In this document: piece after piece, positions 29,602-32,000 of the stretch
How positions within the stretch are numbered: the first letter of the stretch is position 1
Layout of the letters: each line of letters starts with the position of its first letter
Assembly: GCF_014857065.1 (NCBI RefSeq)
Contig: NZ_CP046533.1
Coordinates: 120,001-152,000, forward strand
Direction: 5' to 3'
Length of the DNA stretch: 32,000 bases
Source: Candidatus Saccharimonadota bacterium
GTDB lineage: Bacteria > Pseudomonadota > Gammaproteobacteria > Enterobacterales > Enterobacteriaceae
Program-made: the position numbers and the translations under genes
Notes under the pieces: generated by a model
What the model was told of the DNA's origin: nothing
Databases searched by the model: none
What the model saw: only the letters and a program-made list of their open reading frames with translations

Positions 29602-31455
29602 ATGAAAAAAAAATCTTTCTATCTTTTTCGAGACTACTTTGCCGAATCTTTATTATTCACAAAACGTATATTTACGACGAGTATCATCATTGTACTATTA
29701 ACCAGTATTTTAATTATAAACCTATTTTATCTCCAAATTATTCATTTTAACAAGTATACTAATCAATCAAACAAAAACTATATTAAAACAATACCGATAC
29801 CACCCAGTCGCGGATTAATTTATGATCGAAATGGGCATATCTTAGCATCTAATAAAATATCTTATCAATTAGAAATTATTCCAGGAATGATAAAAGATCT
29901 TGCACAAACATTTAAAAATTTAGAAAAAATTATTGATCTTACAGAAAAAGATATTCAACTTTTTAAAAAAAGATACAAAAAATCATCTAGTTTTACTTCA
30001 TTACCTTTAAAATCAGACTTAACAGAAATACAATTAGCCAAATTTGCAGTTAACAAATTTCGTTTTACCGGAATAGAAATTAAATGTTATCAACATCGTT
30101 TTTATCCATACGGATCTACATTAACCCATGTTTTAGGTTATGTTGCTAAAATTAATAAAAATGATAAACAAAAATTAAATAAAGAAAAAAATTTAAATAA
30201 TTATGTTGCAACTAAAAATATAGGTAAATTAGGTATAGAACGTTATTATGAAAAAATATTGCACGGAAAAATTGGATTTAAAAAAGTAGAAGTTAATAAT
30301 CGTGGGCAAATAATTCGTAAATTGTATAAACAAGTGCCAGAGGCTGGAACAGATCTGGTGTTAACATTAGATATACATCTTCAACAATATGTTGAAAAAC
30401 TTTTATTTGGCAATCGTGCTTCTGCCATTGTATTAGATCCAAGAGACGGAAGTATATTAGCATTAGTTTCACATCCTACTTATGACCCTAACTTATTCGT
30501 ACACGGTATATCTATTAAAAATTATAATGATCTAATACAAAACAAAAATTGTCCGTTACTTAATCGTGCTATACGAGGAATATATCCTCCAGCATCAACA
30601 GTTAAGCCTTATATTTTAATATCAGCCTTGACTTTAGGAGCTATCAATAAAAATTTTTCTTTTTTCGATAAAGGATGGTGGCAACTTCCAGGATCAAAAA
30701 AACTTTATCGAGATTGGAAAAGAACAGGACATGGGCAACTTAATATAATTAATGCATTAGAAGAATCAGCAGATACTTTCTTTTATCAGATAGCTTATAA
30801 TATGGGGATTGATAAATTATCGGAATGGATGTCCCAATTTGGATATGGTGAATACAGTGGTATCGATATATCCGAAGAAATCACAGGAGTTATGCCTACA
30901 CGCACCTGGAAAATGAAAAAATTTAAACAACCATGGTATCAAGGTGACACTATTTCAGTAGGAATTGGCCAAGGATATTGGACTGCCACTCCAATACAAA
31001 TGTCCAAAGCCTTAATAACTTTAATCAATAATGGAGCAGTAAAAACACCTCATCTGTTAAACAATACAATTGGTAAATCTTCAATACGTTACCAAGAAAT
31101 TGAAAAAAAACAAATAGGGGATCCTAACTCTAAATATTGGAACATTGTTAAATCTGGAATGTTTGGTGCAGCTCATCATATCAATGGCACGGTATATCGC
31201 AGTTTTGCTAATTCATCTTATAAAACAGCTGTAAAATCTGGCACTGCTCAACTTTATAATTTAAAAATTCATGAAAATTATAATCCATTAATAGTTGCCC
31301 AACATCTTCGAGATCATAAACTTATAACTGCTTTTGCTCCATATAATAATCCTACATTAGCAATAGTAATTGTTTTAGAAAATGGAGGTAATAATAATTT
31401 AACGATAGGAACAATTACTAGATTAATATTTGACTATATGTTATTAAAAAAATAA
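29602..31455 (+). CDS. mrdA: Peptidoglycan D,D-transpeptidase PBP2 (elongasome)
   Basis: The 617-aa ORF is collinear with E. coli MrdA. The active-site motifs STVKP (SxxK), ESAD (SxD) and KSGTA are present. Confidence 0.96.
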   Translation: MKKKSFYLFRDYFAESLLFTKRIFTTSIIIVLLTSILIINLFYLQIIHFNKYTNQSNKNYIKTIPIPPSRGLIYDRNGHILASNKISYQLEIIPGMIKDLAQTFKNLEKIIDLTEKDIQLFKKRYKKSSSFTSLPLKSDLTEIQLAKFAVNKFRFTGIEIKCYQHRFYPYGSTLTHVLGYVAKINKNDKQKLNKEKNLNNYVATKNIGKLGIERYYEKILHGKIGFKKVEVNNRGQIIRKLYKQVPEAGTDLVLTLDIHLQQYVEKLLFGNRASAIVLDPRDGSILALVSHPTYDPNLFVHGISIKNYNDLIQNKNCPLLNRAIRGIYPPASTVKPYILISALTLGAINKNFSFFDKGWWQLPGSKKLYRDWKRTGHGQLNIINALEESADTFFYQIAYNMGIDKLSEWMSQFGYGEYSGIDISEEITGVMPTRTWKMKKFKQPWYQGDTISVGIGQGYWTATPIQMSKALITLINNGAVKTPHLLNNTIGKSSIRYQEIEKKQIGDPNSKYWNIVKSGMFGAAHHINGTVYRSFANSSYKTAVKSGTAQLYNLKIHENYNPLIVAQHLRDHKLITAFAPYNNPTLAIVIVLENGGNNNLTIGTITRLIFDYMLLKK

Positions 31456-31507
31456 ACAATTTTAACAGCGAATAAATTAAAAAAATATAAAATATCCAAA
31501 GTTAATT

Positions 31508-32000
31508 ATGGATCATGAATCATACAAAAGAACCTTTTCTAAAAAACTACATATAGATAGCATCTTACTTATTTTAATAAGTATACTATTAATTTATGGT
31601 ACTTTTATATTATGGAGCGCTAGCGGGCAAAATATTAAGATAATAGAAAATAGAATAATCCAAATAATTATTGGTTCATTTCTAATGTTTGGTTTAGCAC
31701 AAATACCTCCAAAATTCTATGAATCTTACTCTCCTTATTTATATATTTTTTGTATCATATTGTTAATTTTAGTGAACATATATGGAGAAGAAAGTAAGGG
31801 AGCACAACGTTGGTTAAATATTGGTTTAATTCGTTTTCAACCTTCAGAAATAACTAAAATAACAGTTCCATTAATAATAGCTTCTTACATTAATAAAAAT
31901 TATTACAGTTCTTCACTATCTTATAAAAATATCATTTTTGCAATAATACTAATTTTTATCCCTACTATATTCGTAATAATGGAACCAGATTTAGGTACTG
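31508..32000 (+). CDS. mrdB: SEDS peptidoglycan polymerase RodA (N-terminal about 164 codons; open through the right edge)
   Basis: Absent from the track because it is truncated. Translation from the ATG at 31508 gives MDHESYKRTFSKKLHIDSILLILISILLIYGTFILWSASGQNI...KGAQRWLNIGLIRFQPSEITKITVPL...MEPDLGT. E. coli RodA reads ...LWSASGQDI...[26 protein letters not shown]...AQPDLGT. Confidence 0.93.
   Translation, partial: MDHESYKRTFSKKLHIDSILLILISILLIYGTFILWSASGQNIKIIENRIIQIIIGSFLMFGLAQIPPKFYESYSPYLYIFCIILLILVNIYGEESKGAQRWLNIGLIRFQPSEITKITVPLIIASYINKNYYSSSLSYKNIIFAIILIFIPTIFVIMEPDLGT

Noticed and set aside
14139-29750. Track ORFs at 14139..14330, 15331..15519, 20687..20872, 22320..22502, 22640..22864, 29093..29278 and 29538..29750.
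   Set aside because: They are antisense to or overlap glnS, ybeZ, corC, lnt, rsfS or mrdA, or lie in an AT-rich spacer (15331..15519). All are low-complexity, with no start context or homology that I can recognise.
1-32000. A window-wide look for CRISPR repeats, IS or transposase ORFs, integrases, phage genes, toxin-antitoxin pairs, defence-system signatures, or clusters of unknown ORFs.
   Set aside because: None was found. All substantial ORFs are conserved housekeeping genes in E. coli-like order, and the long spacers contain no ORFs or repeat arrays that I could detect by eye. I therefore do not claim a novel system in this window.

Overview
This is a visibly AT-rich, gene-dense stretch of a reduced gammaproteobacterial genome in the Enterobacterales. 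It looks like an obligate insect endosymbiont of the Blochmannia or Wigglesworthia type, but the species cannot be determined from the sequence alone. Gene order matches the E. coli K-12 region tolQ / sucDCBA-sdhBADC / (gltA) / ybfF-fldA / glnS / nagBA / tRNA cluster / ubiF / ybeZ-ybeY-corC-lnt / leuS-lptE-holA / rsfS / mrdAB, in inverted orientation. At many junctions the E. coli genes are missing and only very AT-rich spacers remain: cydAB-ybgC, gltA, fur, nagE, nagC-nagD-asnB, 4 of 7 tRNAs, miaB, nadD and rlmH. Every long ORF that is not an antisense artefact has a clear housekeeping identity by direct comparison with E. coli proteins recalled from memory. I see no mobile element, CRISPR array, toxin/defence island or other candidate for a genuinely novel gene system, and I do not claim one. 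The points worth a second look all concern genome erosion. (1) A 1.6-kb ORF-free spacer at the gltA position still carries collinear citrate-synthase motif relics. (2) LeuRS has a strongly eroded CP1 editing active site. (3) lptE is broken into two frames. (4) SucB appears to have lost the core loop of its E3-binding domain. (5) The three tRNAs lack encoded CCA, and two have G1-U72. (6) Many in-frame A9-A10 tracts lie inside essential genes.
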